64,000 nt of DNA from a bacterium (GCA_963693055.1 OY843751.1:1632001-1696000); one strand, 5' to 3'. Shown: positions 1 to 10,793, counted from the first letter of the stretch. Numbers and translations are program-made. Notes: a model not told the origin generated them from the sequence alone.

Positions 1-1
1 T

Positions 2-1417
2 ATCCTGAAACATGAAAAATATGTACCTCTGCGTGAACAGGAGGATAATAAATGGGCGTTTTGTCCGTTGAATCCGGAAACCTATGATGTATTGTTTGAT
101 CTGTATCTGGATGCTATGGAGGCAACACCCAATACCAAATATTTTCATGTGGGTGGTGATGAGGTTGGCAGCATTGGTATTTGTGACCGTTGCAAGGGGT
201 ATGGTCAGGAATATGGACAGTTGGGATTAAATCTGTACTGGTTAAACAAAGTTTGTGAGTTTATTAGAGAACAGGGACGTATTCCTATTTATTGGGATGA
301 TATGCTGTTCAAAGAAGCCGATTTGTGGAAATCTGTGCAACGCGACGGTGAAACATCTCCGGAAGAGACAGCCGCCATGTGGGAAAAAGGATTGGGGAAA
401 TTGAACGCGTTCCGTAGCAAGCTACCCAATGATGCTGTGTTTATGCGCTGGAATTATGATAATGGAGATTCACCCGGTAGCGGCAGAGCATTGGATTTTT
501 ATATTGATCAGCACTTGCCTGCTGTAATAGCAACTGCCGCGCAAACAACGAATACACTGGTTCCTGGATTGGAAAGAACCACAACCATCAAAAGGTTCAC
601 GGAATTCGCTCATGAACATGGAATTAACGGATCTTTATGTACCGCATGGGATGACAGTTCTCCGCTAATGGAACTCTATTGGCGGGGGTGGGTTACCTCG
701 GCTGAATATACCTGGGCACCGGGTAAACGAAGTATGGATGAATTTGAAACGGCAATGTTTCAGCGAGAGTTTGGTTTAAACAGATTCCCGGTATATGAAA
801 CCCTTGCGCCGGGTACGGAATTTTGGGACCGTTCTTATTTCAAGTCAGGAACGCGCAGAAGCCGTTCAAATGCAATGGTGCCAATTGCTTCTGCCAGTCA
901 CTGGACCAGTAACAAAAAAATTGAATACATTGAAAATAATGAGAAATTTATTGCCTTGCCTAATCCTGAAAAACCGGGTGAATGGAGAAAACAGAACCGG
1001 GAAAAGCTTGATAAAGCAAAAGAACTGGTAAACAGTGATAAGAATACCCAAGCCCTGCTGAAAAAAATGTACAACAATGCCAGCCGAAATCGTTATGGGA
1101 TTGAAGTGTTGATGGCAATTCATGAACTTCAATCTACTGCTCCCCGCATGTTTCTGGCAATGGCTGCATGTGATGTTGCAAACAAAACAAAAAGAGTAAA
1201 AGGATTTGAGCAGATCAAGATTGAAAGAGAAAAGTTTGAAAAGGCTGCTGAAAACCTTGAACGGGTTTATGGTAAAATCCGCTTTTTATCGAATCCTGAT
1301 GGGTATGTGCCAGACCGTTATTTTCATTGGGCCAGTCAGGCTGAAGATATTTCGTTCATGTTCCAGGTTGAACGTGGATTTCATCAATGTCTTGATGAAT
1401 GGATGTCTAAAAATTAA
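2..1417 (+). CDS. GH20-family beta-N-acetylhexosaminidase-like protein, 5' end outside window
   Basis: Frame open from the window edge; FHVGGDE catalytic motif, WDDM and TAWDD motifs typical of GH20. Confidence 0.8.
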   Translation: MLKHEKYVPLREQEDNKWAFCPLNPETYDVLFDLYLDAMEATPNTKYFHVGGDEVGSIGICDRCKGYGQEYGQLGLNLYWLNKVCEFIREQGRIPIYWDDMLFKEADLWKSVQRDGETSPEETAAMWEKGLGKLNAFRSKLPNDAVFMRWNYDNGDSPGSGRALDFYIDQHLPAVIATAAQTTNTLVPGLERTTTIKRFTEFAHEHGINGSLCTAWDDSSPLMELYWRGWVTSAEYTWAPGKRSMDEFETAMFQREFGLNRFPVYETLAPGTEFWDRSYFKSGTRRSRSNAMVPIASASHWTSNKKIEYIENNEKFIALPNPEKPGEWRKQNREKLDKAKELVNSDKNTQALLKKMYNNASRNRYGIEVLMAIHELQSTAPRMFLAMAACDVANKTKRVKGFEQIKIEREKFEKAAENLERVYGKIRFLSNPDGYVPDRYFHWASQAEDISFMFQVERGFHQCLDEWMSKN

Positions 1418-1431
1418 TTTAGTTTGTATAG

Positions 1432-3501
1432 ATGAAAATAAATTTTAAAAATATTCTTCTGATTATAATGCTACTCATTGTTTGGGTGAATAGTACATTT
1501 TCGGCATCAGACAAGGATCAGTATAATAATCTGGTTAACTGGCAGGCCCGTTGGGGAGATTCTCCTCTAGATTCTGCCGGGGTACCATTATGGAGCTATA
1601 CAGAACAGTCTGATGCGTATTGGGTGAATGTTGATCGCAGTGATTTTTATGGGCATCTCAGTTATGATACGATATGGCTGCGTACCCGATGTCCGGATGA
1701 GGGGTGGGCTGATCCTACTTTGTTTTTGACAGTCGTATTTTATTCTTTAAATGTTTATGTAGATGCAAAAGAAATATATTCTTTTGGTGATTTTGACGGC
1801 CCCGTCAACAAATATACATCCATGCACTGGCATATGTTGCCCCTGGGGAGTGAGGCTGGTGGAGAATGGATTTATTTTCGTGTATATTCGAGTTTAAAAA
1901 CACATATCGGAATACCGGTATTTGCTGATAACAGGGCATTTGTTGCTCCTCAAAAAAAGATTATTTCCTTTTTAATCAATGCCAGTATTGACAGATTTGC
2001 ACTGGGCTTTTTGTTTATTCTTATAGGCATCTTGTCTGTTGATCTGTTTTTTCATCGCTGGCAGTTGAAAAATTATATTTATCTTCCTTTTGCATTGTTT
2101 ACATTGTGCGTAGGTATGGCGTTTCTTTTTTCTTCCGAAGTGTCGCAATTCATGTTTCCCAATGATGTTTTTCGGTTGTCAGGGGCTTTAGTGGGTGTGT
2201 TGTTTTTTCCCGTAGGTTTGTTCATGTTTTATGAATATATCGTTTTCCCGGCCCATAAACGCATTATGCGCATGCTGTGGCAGTCCATTCTCATTATAGC
2301 AGTTTTGATCATCTTGTTTGAATTTACCAATGTTATCTCGTTCGATTCTATTTTGTACCCGGTTTGGGTAGTTTTGATTTTTTTGACTTTTCTGGTAGCT
2401 ATAGGTTTTGGTATTTATGGAACACTCAAGGGAAACATGGAGACCAAAACATTTAATGTTGGTTTTATAATTATGACCCTTTTTATTTTGCATGATATTT
2501 TGTTCATGTTTGGTATCATTCCATACTGGAGATGGACTGCACAGTGGGGTGTTTTGGTTTTTGTATTGTCTTTGCTGCACATTATTGAGAGACGTAATCT
2601 GGAGGATCGTGAAAAACTGATTCAATATTCGAATGAACTCAAAGAGTATGGCAATACACTTGAACAGCGAGTTAAGGAACGCACATTGGACTTGCGTAAT
2701 AAAAATATAAAGCTCGAAGAAACCATGCGCGAGCTGCAAGAAACGCAGCAGCAACTTGTACTGAAAGAAAAAATGGCATCTTTGGGCCATCTGGTAGCAG
2801 GAGTAGCGCATGAACTCAATAATCCTATTGGTGCGGTTATCAGTGCCGCAAATGTGTTGCATCGCGGTGTTGAAAAGATCAAAAACAGCATAATGTCGGC
2901 CAAATCTCTTGATGAGGTTAAAACAGACAAGGTTGAACAAACGTTAGAGATTCTGGCCCAGAATAACGCCATTATTACAGAGGGCGGAAAACGGGTAGCG
3001 CAGATTGTCAAGAGCTTGAAAAATTTTGCTCGTCTGGATGAAGCAGAGTTTCAAAAAGCGGATATAAATGAGGGGCTTGATAGTACCATTGAATTGCTTC
3101 ATCATGAATTGAAAAATCGTATTGATGTAATCAAAGAGTATGGGACTTTGCCCAGGATTTCCTGTTTCCCAAATCAATTGAACCAGGTGTTTTTAAATAT
3201 TATTGCCAATGCTGCCCAGGCAATACCAGGTGACGGAGAAATTCGTGTCCTGACCCGGCACATTAATTCAAGCGTAGAGGTTTCAATTGCAGATACCGGA
3301 ACCGGTATTCTCCCGGAACATATTGAGCATGTTTTTGATCCCGGGTTTACTACCAAAGGTGTTGGTGTGGGCACTGGATTGGGACTGTCTATCAGTTATA
3401 ATATTATTAAAAAGCACAATGGGGATATAAGTGTTAAAAGTGAACCGGGAAATGGTGCTGTCTTTACAATTACCCTGCCTCTTGAACAAAAACCATCATA
3501 A
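1432..3501 (+). CDS. Membrane sensor histidine kinase (periplasmic domain + 7TM-DISM-like region + HisKA/HATPase, NtrB-like)
   Basis: Signal peptide, about 7 hydrophobic segments, AHELNNP H-box, NQVFLNIIANA N-box, DTGTGI, FTTK, GTGLGL. Confidence 0.9.
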   Translation: MKINFKNILLIIMLLIVWVNSTFSASDKDQYNNLVNWQARWGDSPLDSAGVPLWSYTEQSDAYWVNVDRSDFYGHLSYDTIWLRTRCPDEGWADPTLFLTVVFYSLNVYVDAKEIYSFGDFDGPVNKYTSMHWHMLPLGSEAGGEWIYFRVYSSLKTHIGIPVFADNRAFVAPQKKIISFLINASIDRFALGFLFILIGILSVDLFFHRWQLKNYIYLPFALFTLCVGMAFLFSSEVSQFMFPNDVFRLSGALVGVLFFPVGLFMFYEYIVFPAHKRIMRMLWQSILIIAVLIILFEFTNVISFDSILYPVWVVLIFLTFLVAIGFGIYGTLKGNMETKTFNVGFIIMTLFILHDILFMFGIIPYWRWTAQWGVLVFVLSLLHIIERRNLEDREKLIQYSNELKEYGNTLEQRVKERTLDLRNKNIKLEETMRELQETQQQLVLKEKMASLGHLVAGVAHELNNPIGAVISAANVLHRGVEKIKNSIMSAKSLDEVKTDKVEQTLEILAQNNAIITEGGKRVAQIVKSLKNFARLDEAEFQKADINEGLDSTIELLHHELKNRIDVIKEYGTLPRISCFPNQLNQVFLNIIANAAQAIPGDGEIRVLTRHINSSVEVSIADTGTGILPEHIEHVFDPGFTTKGVGVGTGLGLSISYNIIKKHNGDISVKSEPGNGAVFTITLPLEQKPS

Positions 3502-3518
3502 AAAAAACAAAATTCAAT

Positions 3519-3576
3519 GTAAAGTTTGCTTGACTTTTTTATTCTGAAATGTTATATTATGTCAAGTTAACTTTAC
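3519..3576 (+). promoter_or_regulatory. Sigma70 promoter with two palindromic operators (probable XRE autorepression)
   Basis: TTGACT(3530)-17 bp-TATATT(3553); GTAAAG-N4-CTTGAC at 3519-3534 and GTCAAG-N4-CTTTAC at 3561-3576. Confidence 0.7.
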
Positions 3577-3589
3577 TTTTAGAGATGAT

Positions 3590-3796
3590 ATGAATGAGAA
3601 AATAGTCAATTCTATTAAAGAGCGACGGTCGCAATTGGGGTGGACCCAGGAAGAGCTTGCCAAACATAGTGGTGTTTCGCGTCAGAGTATTATCAGTATA
3701 GAGCGCGGAAAATATATACCCAGCTTGCCTTTGGCATTTCGGTTTGCCCGATTGTTTGAATGTACAATTGACGATTTGTTTCAATTAGAGGAGTAA
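3590..3796 (+). CDS. XRE/Cro-family HTH transcriptional regulator
   Basis: TQEELAKHSGVSRQSIISIERGKYIPSL is a typical HTH_3 sequence. Confidence 0.92.
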   Translation: MNEKIVNSIKERRSQLGWTQEELAKHSGVSRQSIISIERGKYIPSLPLAFRFARLFECTIDDLFQLEE

Positions 3797-3801
3797 TCAT
3801 C

Positions 3802-3996
3802 GTGGATGAACGTTATATTATGCATCGGCTTTATTCTACTCGCCTGGCAGCTCTTGTAGGAGCAGTATCTCTGGGTGTTTGGTTTAATGTTGAAATGTTT
3901 CGCAAAGACATTTATCGCTGGGACCTGTTCATTATCTTGAGTATGATGGCAGTTGTCAAAGTGGTTGCACTGTTGTATTATAAACGTACGAATTAA
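3802..3996 (+). CDS. Small 2-TM membrane protein
   Basis: GAGGAG RBS, two hydrophobic segments, follows the XRE gene. Confidence 0.7.
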   Translation: MDERYIMHRLYSTRLAALVGAVSLGVWFNVEMFRKDIYRWDLFIILSMMAVVKVVALLYYKRTN

Positions 3997-4009
3997 AAAG
4001 GAGTATTTG

Positions 4010-4246
4010 ATGCTGTTGTTGAGCAAAATTAAGAATTATAAACATATGATTGCAATTGGTCAGATATTAATGGTGGTTAGTATTTTATTTTCGACTATCT
4101 CATTTTTAAGGATTATTGATATTCGTGATTTTTGGTTAGGATTATTAGAAGGAATGGGAATGACCCTGATTGTAATATCTGTTATCTTAAACGTTCGTGG
4201 AATACTCATGTACCGTAAAGAAAAACAGCAAGCAACGTTGAATTAA
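4010..4246 (+). CDS. Small 2-TM membrane protein
   Basis: AAGGAG RBS before ATG 4010; two hydrophobic segments. Confidence 0.65.
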   Translation: MLLLSKIKNYKHMIAIGQILMVVSILFSTISFLRIIDIRDFWLGLLEGMGMTLIVISVILNVRGILMYRKEKQQATLN

Positions 4247-4319
4247 TTTTATTAAATTGATATTTAAATCGGTCTCGATGAGGAACTAGTCTGTAAATAC
4301 GGAATGGAAATATAAATAT

Positions 4320-6209
4320 ATGGCACTTTTATCTTTACAAAAGATCAGTATTGCTTTTGGGGGCCCCTTGGTTTTGGATGGGTTGGATTTACAAATTGAG
4401 CGCAATCAGCGGGTGTGTCTGCTGGGACGTAACGGCGAAGGCAAGTCCACGTTGATGAAGATCATACATGGTGAGCTGGCTCCTGACGACGGAGTTGTAC
4501 AAAAAGAGCAGAATACAAGTATCTCTTATTTTACCCAGACTATTCCTCATGACCTTGAGGGACCAGTGTTTGAGATTATTGCAAAGGGTTTGGGAATAAA
4601 GGGAGAGCTTTACGCAAAATATCATCGTGAAGAGCGGCGTCTTTTAAATGCAGGTGACAGTGATCACAGCACACTCGGTGCAATTCATCAGGAGCTTGAC
4701 GCGGTAAACGGCTGGAGCTCGGTTGAGGCAATTTCCAAAATCATGTCTTTGATGAAGCTGGATGAGGATTGGCAGTACCAGGAACTGTCCGGCGGGCAAA
4801 AGCGCAGGGTTTTGCTAGCTGCTGCTCTGGTGGCAGAACCGGATCTGTTGCTGCTGGATGAACCCACCAACCATTTGGATATTGATACCATTGCCTGGAT
4901 GGAATCGTTCCTGCTAAAGTCCGGGACTACATTGTTGTTTGTTACTCATGATCGTACATTGTTACGAAATCTTGCTACCCGCATCATAGAACTGGACCGG
5001 GGCAAGATCTATGACTGGTCTTGTGATTATGATACTTTTCTGGAACGCAAGCAGGCGGTGCTGGAAAATCAGGAAAAAGAGTGGGAGCGGTTTGATAAAA
5101 AGCTGTCCGAAGAAGAGGTATGGATCCGAAAGGGCATTAAAGCCCGACGTACCCGTAACGAAGGCCGGGTACGCGCGCTGTTAAAAATGCGTGAGGAACG
5201 CATGCAGCGACGTGAGCAGATGGGCTCCGCAACACTCAAAATCAGCGAAGCGGACAGATCCGGCAAGCTGGTGATAGAGGCCAAAGATATTACGTTTGCG
5301 TATGAGACTGATCCGGTAATCCGTGATTTTAGCACTGTGATTATGCGGGGAGACAAGACCGGTATTCTGGGATCCAATGGATGTGGGAAATCTACATTGG
5401 TGAATTTGTTGCTGGGGAATTTGAAACCCCAATCCGGCAGCATCCGTACGGGAACCAATCTTTCCGTTACCTATTTTGATCAATTGCGGGAAGAACTGGA
5501 TGGGGAAAAATCGGTGCGGGAAAATGTACTGCCTTTTGGGGATATGGTTACCATCAACGGGCGGGACAAGCATATTTATACATACCTGCAGGATTTTCTG
5601 TTTACGCCAGATCGGGCCAAATCCCCGGTCAAGAGCTTGTCCGGGGGAGAACGCAATCGTTTGTTATTGGCACGGCTGTTTATTAAACCCACCAATTTTA
5701 TGGTGTTTGATGAACCTACCAATGATCTGGATGCAGAAACTCTGGAGCTGCTGGAAGAACTGTTGGTGGATTTTCAGGGTACGCTGTTGCTGATCTCGCA
5801 TGACCGTGCATTTTTAAACAATGTGGTGACCAGTACATTTGCTTTTGAAGGTAATGGGATAGTTAAAGAATATGCCGGTGGATATGATGACTGGCTGCGT
5901 CTGCAACCGGACAAGGAAGCGGCAGAAAAGTCAAAAGAAAAAGTTGATAAAAAGGCAAAGTATCTGAAAGAAAAAAAGGCAAAGCAGAAAAAGAAACTCT
6001 CGTACAAAGAAAAACAGGAATATGAACAACTGCAACCCAGAATTGAGGCGCTTGAAGCTGAACAGACGGAGTTGTATGAAAAAATGGGCGACCCTGATTT
6101 TCTGCGGGACAAGGACAGTATGGTAGCTGCCAAAGCGCGCCTGGAAGAGCTGGAAGCCGATATAGATACCGCTTATGAACGGTGGGAGTATTTAGAATCA
6201 TTGGTTTAG
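4320..6209 (+). CDS. uup: ABC-F family ATPase Uup
   Basis: Two Walker A motifs (GRNGEGKS, GSNGCGKS), LSGG signatures, DEPTN, GIKARRTRNEGRVRAL linker, C-terminal KLSYKE...YERWEYL coiled coil. Confidence 0.92.
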   Translation: MALLSLQKISIAFGGPLVLDGLDLQIERNQRVCLLGRNGEGKSTLMKIIHGELAPDDGVVQKEQNTSISYFTQTIPHDLEGPVFEIIAKGLGIKGELYAKYHREERRLLNAGDSDHSTLGAIHQELDAVNGWSSVEAISKIMSLMKLDEDWQYQELSGGQKRRVLLAAALVAEPDLLLLDEPTNHLDIDTIAWMESFLLKSGTTLLFVTHDRTLLRNLATRIIELDRGKIYDWSCDYDTFLERKQAVLENQEKEWERFDKKLSEEEVWIRKGIKARRTRNEGRVRALLKMREERMQRREQMGSATLKISEADRSGKLVIEAKDITFAYETDPVIRDFSTVIMRGDKTGILGSNGCGKSTLVNLLLGNLKPQSGSIRTGTNLSVTYFDQLREELDGEKSVRENVLPFGDMVTINGRDKHIYTYLQDFLFTPDRAKSPVKSLSGGERNRLLLARLFIKPTNFMVFDEPTNDLDAETLELLEELLVDFQGTLLLISHDRAFLNNVVTSTFAFEGNGIVKEYAGGYDDWLRLQPDKEAAEKSKEKVDKKAKYLKEKKAKQKKKLSYKEKQEYEQLQPRIEALEAEQTELYEKMGDPDFLRDKDSMVAAKARLEELEADIDTAYERWEYLESLV

Positions 6210-6445
6210 ATTGTGTTAATTAGGGGGACAAAAATCTTGGGGCAAAAATTAATTTTCGGCTATTCTTTTGTATTGAAAAGAAAAATCCAGTTTGGTATAT
6301 TATTCTTTATTGGGGCATTTTCATGATTAGTTAAGGGGATCCTCATTAACCTTGAATAACAAGGTTAAAATTTTCATAAATAGATAAATAGTATTTCAGG
6401 CAGTATTAGCTCATTCATAATAACATTTAGGAGGAAAGTCGCATT

Positions 6446-6850
6446 ATGAAGAAAAGACCAGATTCGATTTCGATTATTGGGTGGTATATGATTGTCAGTG
6501 CTATTTTCAGTTTTTTTTCCATAGCCATATCTTTATATATGCCTATGAGTAGAGAAATATTGAAAATGAATCCTGTACCTATCCCTGTTCAGATTTTGAT
6601 TGGGTTTTTGAGTGCAGCTTTTTCTTTAATTACTGGTTTCTTTATGTTAAAGGGGAAAAACTGGACCCGTTGGTTTTATTTGATCTGGATGAGTTGTAGC
6701 CTGATTTATAGTGTTTTTGCCTCACCTATGAAATTCTTGTTAATTCCCGGATTGTTGATTGTAATTTTAATACTCTATTTTTTATTCAGGCCTACGGCAA
6801 GTGCCTATTTTTTATATGAGGAGGACACAAATGTTTCGGCGGGTGCTTAG
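6446..6850 (+). CDS. Hypothetical 4-TM membrane protein
   Basis: AGGAGG RBS; RPxSISII N-terminus, LKGKNWxR loop, hydrophobic. Confidence 0.75.
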   Translation: MKKRPDSISIIGWYMIVSAIFSFFSIAISLYMPMSREILKMNPVPIPVQILIGFLSAAFSLITGFFMLKGKNWTRWFYLIWMSCSLIYSVFASPMKFLLIPGLLIVILILYFLFRPTASAYFLYEEDTNVSAGA

Positions 6851-7265
6851 TATTATTGTTTATGTAATAGCTGGACATGTTTTTGGTAGCGTGGGAATGG
6901 TGGCTTTTATCAGTATTCCTGCTGATGGTATGTTTAAACTTTTTCTCCTCGGGTTGTTTTTATTTTTTGCGGTTCTGAGTTTAGTAATAGGTTTATTGAT
7001 CTCACCTTCACGCAAGAAAAAACGTGAAGCGGGAATTGTACTGTTTGCGTCGGCAGTTGAAATTGTTTTTATTATTCTGTCGATTATTTTTGTAATACTT
7101 GAACCCAACAAACCGGAAGGGCTGGATTTGGAGCCTTTGTTTATGTTCAATGATTATGTTTGTGGGATTGGTACTTTATTGATTATTATTATTTCCGGAG
7201 TTCTGTTATTCGTGCCAACGAAACCGAATCCTGCCCCAGAAATAAAAACCGAAAGTGATCAATAA
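6831..7265 (+). CDS. Hypothetical 4-TM membrane protein
   Basis: GAGGAGG RBS before ATG 6831; overlaps the upstream stop. Confidence 0.75.
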   Translation: MFRRVLSIIVYVIAGHVFGSVGMVAFISIPADGMFKLFLLGLFLFFAVLSLVIGLLISPSRKKKREAGIVLFASAVEIVFIILSIIFVILEPNKPEGLDLEPLFMFNDYVCGIGTLLIIIISGVLLFVPTKPNPAPEIKTESDQ

Positions 7266-7433
7266 GCTCATGTGTGTTTGAATATTATTTATGAATTGAC
7301 TGTTAAATATGCTAAATTACAGTAATTCAGTCAAACCGTACAGGATTTTATTGGTTTCTGTTCTTAAACTATTCTTGTAATGATCTAATTTTAAAAATAC
7401 TATTATAATAGAAACGGTTCGTCAGGAGGATTC

Positions 7434-8165
7434 ATGACCGTTAAAGAAATGTATAACGAAATCCATACCGCAATCCAGTTTGCGTCTGAGGGCAGAGCAC
7501 CTCAGGTGGAGCAGCGGTTTCACAAGCATAATCAATATGTATCGTATGGATTAAAGACCCCGGTATTTCGGGATTTGATGAAAAATATTCGCGGACGTGT
7601 GATGCGTTTATCGTTGGATGACCGGTTATTGTTGGCGCGGCAGTTGTTCGAATCGCATTTGGGCGAACTGGCAGATGCGGGTATCTTTATTCTCGGCTAC
7701 AGTGTAAACGAGTTGACGCCTCATCATTTCAAGAAAATGGACCGCATGATGGACCATTACCGGAGCTGGTCGCAGGTGGATGCCATGTGTTTGTACGTAC
7801 TGCAACCCCTGTTGGCCGCGTATCCGGAGGATACCCTGAAACAGCTTGAGGTTTGGAACGGCTCGGAAAATCGATGGAAGCGTAGAACCAGTGTTGTGGT
7901 GTTTGTACGCAAAGTGGGAAAGACTGCGCAATATACGGATGACGGATTACGCTTGTGTGAGAAGCTGATTTGGGATACAGAAGATATTGTGCTAAAAGGT
8001 GTGGGCTGGGCGCTAAAAGATATGCTCAAAGGTGACCGTGAGCGTGTATTGGATTATGTTAAAGAGCTACGCAGACGCGGAGTATCGTCAGTAATTACTC
8101 TGTACGCAATCCGCGATATAAAGGGGGCAGAAAGAAATGCGATTTTGGATATAGAAAAGCAATAA
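7434..8165 (+). CDS. DNA alkylation repair protein (AlkD-like HEAT-repeat family)
   Basis: SWSQVD, NRWKRR and VLKGVGWALK motifs. Confidence 0.85.
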   Translation: MTVKEMYNEIHTAIQFASEGRAPQVEQRFHKHNQYVSYGLKTPVFRDLMKNIRGRVMRLSLDDRLLLARQLFESHLGELADAGIFILGYSVNELTPHHFKKMDRMMDHYRSWSQVDAMCLYVLQPLLAAYPEDTLKQLEVWNGSENRWKRRTSVVVFVRKVGKTAQYTDDGLRLCEKLIWDTEDIVLKGVGWALKDMLKGDRERVLDYVKELRRRGVSSVITLYAIRDIKGAERNAILDIEKQ

Positions 8166-8199
8166 ACGAATATATGATATAGATTTTGGTTAGACCCTG

Positions 8200-9318
8200 A
8201 TGGAGGCGATTTTGAAGAACAGGCTATTGATTATTATTATAATACTTTTGATATCGGTAATATCTATAACCGGCAAAAATGATCTGGTAGTGTTGAAAAG
8301 TGGAAAACAGATAACCGGTACTGTGGTGAATTATGTTCCGGCAAAAGAAGTTACTATTGTTTCGACTAGTGGCAAGACCCACCATTTCAAGATCAGTGAG
8401 ATCTCTAAAATGAGTCTGAATGTGAAAAAAATAGAGCTAGCCAATGGCATTGTCTATGAAAACACCAAAACCGAGATCATTCCCGGACTGTCAGTCACGG
8501 TTATGGACAAGGATTTACCTTTGGACTATGCTTATAATCGCAATCTCAGTGTAGAACTGGAAGCACCTGTAATTGGGCCCAAAGATGTTAAACCAACGCT
8601 GCCCATGGAACAGTATGCGGAAGTTAAGACCAAATCCATGCCTGAAAATCGATATGCGGTATCTGTGTTTGCAGGATATTATAATCCGTCTTTTCAAGAG
8701 ATGAATGACGGGATTGAAATGATAAAATCGTCTTTTCTGGAATCTGATGCTATTGTTACCGGAGATACCGAGATCAAGGGTTCTATGAACTATGGCCTGG
8801 GACTGGAAATGAACATGACTCCGCGATTGCGGTCCCGCTTGGATGTGTCTTATTGGAGCACCAATTTAGAGGCCCAGGTTCAGGAAAAGATAGATTTTAA
8901 TAATATTGATGTTGATTATCGGTTGAATGCTGATATGGATGTTGCATTGACATCTGTTATGGTTTCACTGCTTTATGATCTGAAAAACAGTGATGGAGGG
9001 ATTCAGCCTTATCTGGGTATCGGGTTGGGATTCAACCACACATCCATAAAATATGAAACTGATATACTGGTCCCGGATGCAGTGGCATCTGGTATGAATC
9101 TGAATACGTTTGAACCCGATGAAGATTATAGCACGAATGATATACTTTATCAAATTGTGGGTGGTGTAGATTATCCTTTATCACACAATCTGGGCGTTCG
9201 GGCAGAAGCAAAATATATTATTGGGGATTATGATCTGGAATTTAAAGAGATACCCTTTCAAGCAAAAGACAATATAAATGGATTTGAAGCGCAGGTGGGG
9301 GTGTTTTATAGGTTCTAG
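8200..9318 (+). CDS. Outer-membrane beta-barrel protein (OmpW/Opa-like 8-strand C-domain) with N-terminal periplasmic domains
   Basis: Signal peptide, PYLGIGLG, GGVDY, AEAKY, terminal YRF beta-signal. Confidence 0.75.
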   Translation: MEAILKNRLLIIIIILLISVISITGKNDLVVLKSGKQITGTVVNYVPAKEVTIVSTSGKTHHFKISEISKMSLNVKKIELANGIVYENTKTEIIPGLSVTVMDKDLPLDYAYNRNLSVELEAPVIGPKDVKPTLPMEQYAEVKTKSMPENRYAVSVFAGYYNPSFQEMNDGIEMIKSSFLESDAIVTGDTEIKGSMNYGLGLEMNMTPRLRSRLDVSYWSTNLEAQVQEKIDFNNIDVDYRLNADMDVALTSVMVSLLYDLKNSDGGIQPYLGIGLGFNHTSIKYETDILVPDAVASGMNLNTFEPDEDYSTNDILYQIVGGVDYPLSHNLGVRAEAKYIIGDYDLEFKEIPFQAKDNINGFEAQVGVFYRF

Positions 9319-9332
9319 TGTGTTGCTTTAAA

Positions 9333-9356
9333 AACCAGGCATTGAGTGCCTGGCTT
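9333..9356. terminator. Intrinsic terminator hairpin between convergent genes
   Basis: CCAGGCA-ttgag-TGCCTGG flanked by A and T runs. Confidence 0.6.
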
Positions 9357-9373
9357 TATTGTTAATACCGAAC

Positions 9374-10282
9374 TCACGATTCCACCGACTCGATAAACTT
9401 TTCAATCTCTGCTTTATACGTCTCTCTGCGTTCCAGAAATCCATAATGCACACACTCGTTGAGAAAAACGATTCTCGAGTTTTTGTACACCTTTTGTGCT
9501 TCATAGGCGGTGCCGTCTCCTAACAGGTCCTGTCTGCCCTGAATGATCAATACCGGTTTTTCAAAGTTTTTCAGTTTTTCTCTGCAATTGTATTGGATCT
9601 TGTACATATCCTTGTATACCAGGCTGGTGATCTCTTTATTGCCTTCGGTGAGACGTTTGGCAATCATGGGGACATATTCTTTATGATACACATACGCCGG
9701 GGCCAGGTTCTTTGCCCATTCGATCTGCGCGGTGTAGGTGGTATCACCCTGTTTGATTCGATCGTTCCAGTATTTGAGTGAATCTATTTGTCCCTGACTC
9801 AGACGGATATTTTTATTGGCATTGAAATATTTCAAAATACCCATATCAATTCCACCGGAACTGGAGAGTACCAGGCCCTTTATGTTTTCAGGATAAAGTG
9901 TGGCATAATGCTGAGAGAGCCAGCCACCAAATGAATGACCCAGAAGTACCCATTTGTTGATCTTTAGATGTTTGCGCAAGGTCTCCATATCCTGTGCCAT
10001 AAGATCGAGTGTGACCGTTGTGCTGTCGGTTTTATCGAGTGTGGACCCACCGGTACCGCGTTGATCAAATAGAATGGTTTGGTAATGGTCAGCAAACAAT
10101 TCGGCAACGGATTCAAATCCATTGCAGTTTAATCCGGGACCGCCATTCACAATCAGCAGCGGTTCACCACTGCCATAGGTGATATAATGGAGTGTACCTT
10201 GTTGAGTTTTAATGTAACCGTCATTGCCGGCAAAAGAAATGGAAACCAGTAACAGTACAAATAGTATTTGTGTTTTCATCAT
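9374..10282 (-). CDS. Secreted alpha/beta hydrolase (proline iminopeptidase-like)
   Basis: GGPG, DQRGTG, GHSFGG nucleophile elbow, GRQD, C-terminal His; signal peptide. Confidence 0.85.
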   Translation of the reverse strand: MMKTQILFVLLLVSISFAGNDGYIKTQQGTLHYITYGSGEPLLIVNGGPGLNCNGFESVAELFADHYQTILFDQRGTGGSTLDKTDSTTVTLDLMAQDMETLRKHLKINKWVLLGHSFGGWLSQHYATLYPENIKGLVLSSSGGIDMGILKYFNANKNIRLSQGQIDSLKYWNDRIKQGDTTYTAQIEWAKNLAPAYVYHKEYVPMIAKRLTEGNKEITSLVYKDMYKIQYNCREKLKNFEKPVLIIQGRQDLLGDGTAYEAQKVYKNSRIVFLNECVHYGFLERRETYKAEIEKFIESVES

Positions 10283-10301
10283 CTTTTCTTTTCCTATTGT
10301 G

Positions 10302-10793
10302 TTATGAATGGGTTTGACAAATCATTATAAAATCGTTTTCATTTTCTGACACAATGCTAAATCCATTTTGTTTATAAAACTGAACAGCGCGATTGCGCTT
10401 GTCTACGCTCAGAGAGACATTGCCAATACCCAGATCGGTATAATGTTGTAACAAAGATTTCAAGAGTTGGGTGCCTATACCTTTATTGCGATATTCGGGC
10501 AGTATAGCCATGGCGATTTCGGGCGTTTGGGGATTAATGTACCCGTATCCCGTATCGGGCGGCTGATAGGTTCTTGCCCAGATTAAACCGATGCGGGTTT
10601 TGTTGTGCTCTGCAACAATGGCTGCATCATGCTCTCGGCCCCAATTTTGAATATATCTCGAGATTTCCGGATACGTTAACACTGAACGATGGACAGGAGG
10701 TTGATCGTCTGGAACAAATATAGCCAGGAACATCATGTCCGCAAGAAACTTGTAATCCAGATTTGTTACAGGATAGTATAGAGTGTTATCCAA
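10302..10793 (-). CDS. GNAT N-acetyltransferase
   Basis: YRNKGIGT acetyl-CoA motif; NRAVQFYKQNGF. Confidence 0.88.
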   Translation of the reverse strand: MDNTLYYPVTNLDYKFLADMMFLAIFVPDDQPPVHRSVLTYPEISRYIQNWGREHDAAIVAEHNKTRIGLIWARTYQPPDTGYGYINPQTPEIAMAILPEYRNKGIGTQLLKSLLQHYTDLGIGNVSLSVDKRNRAVQFYKQNGFSIVSENENDFIMICQTHS

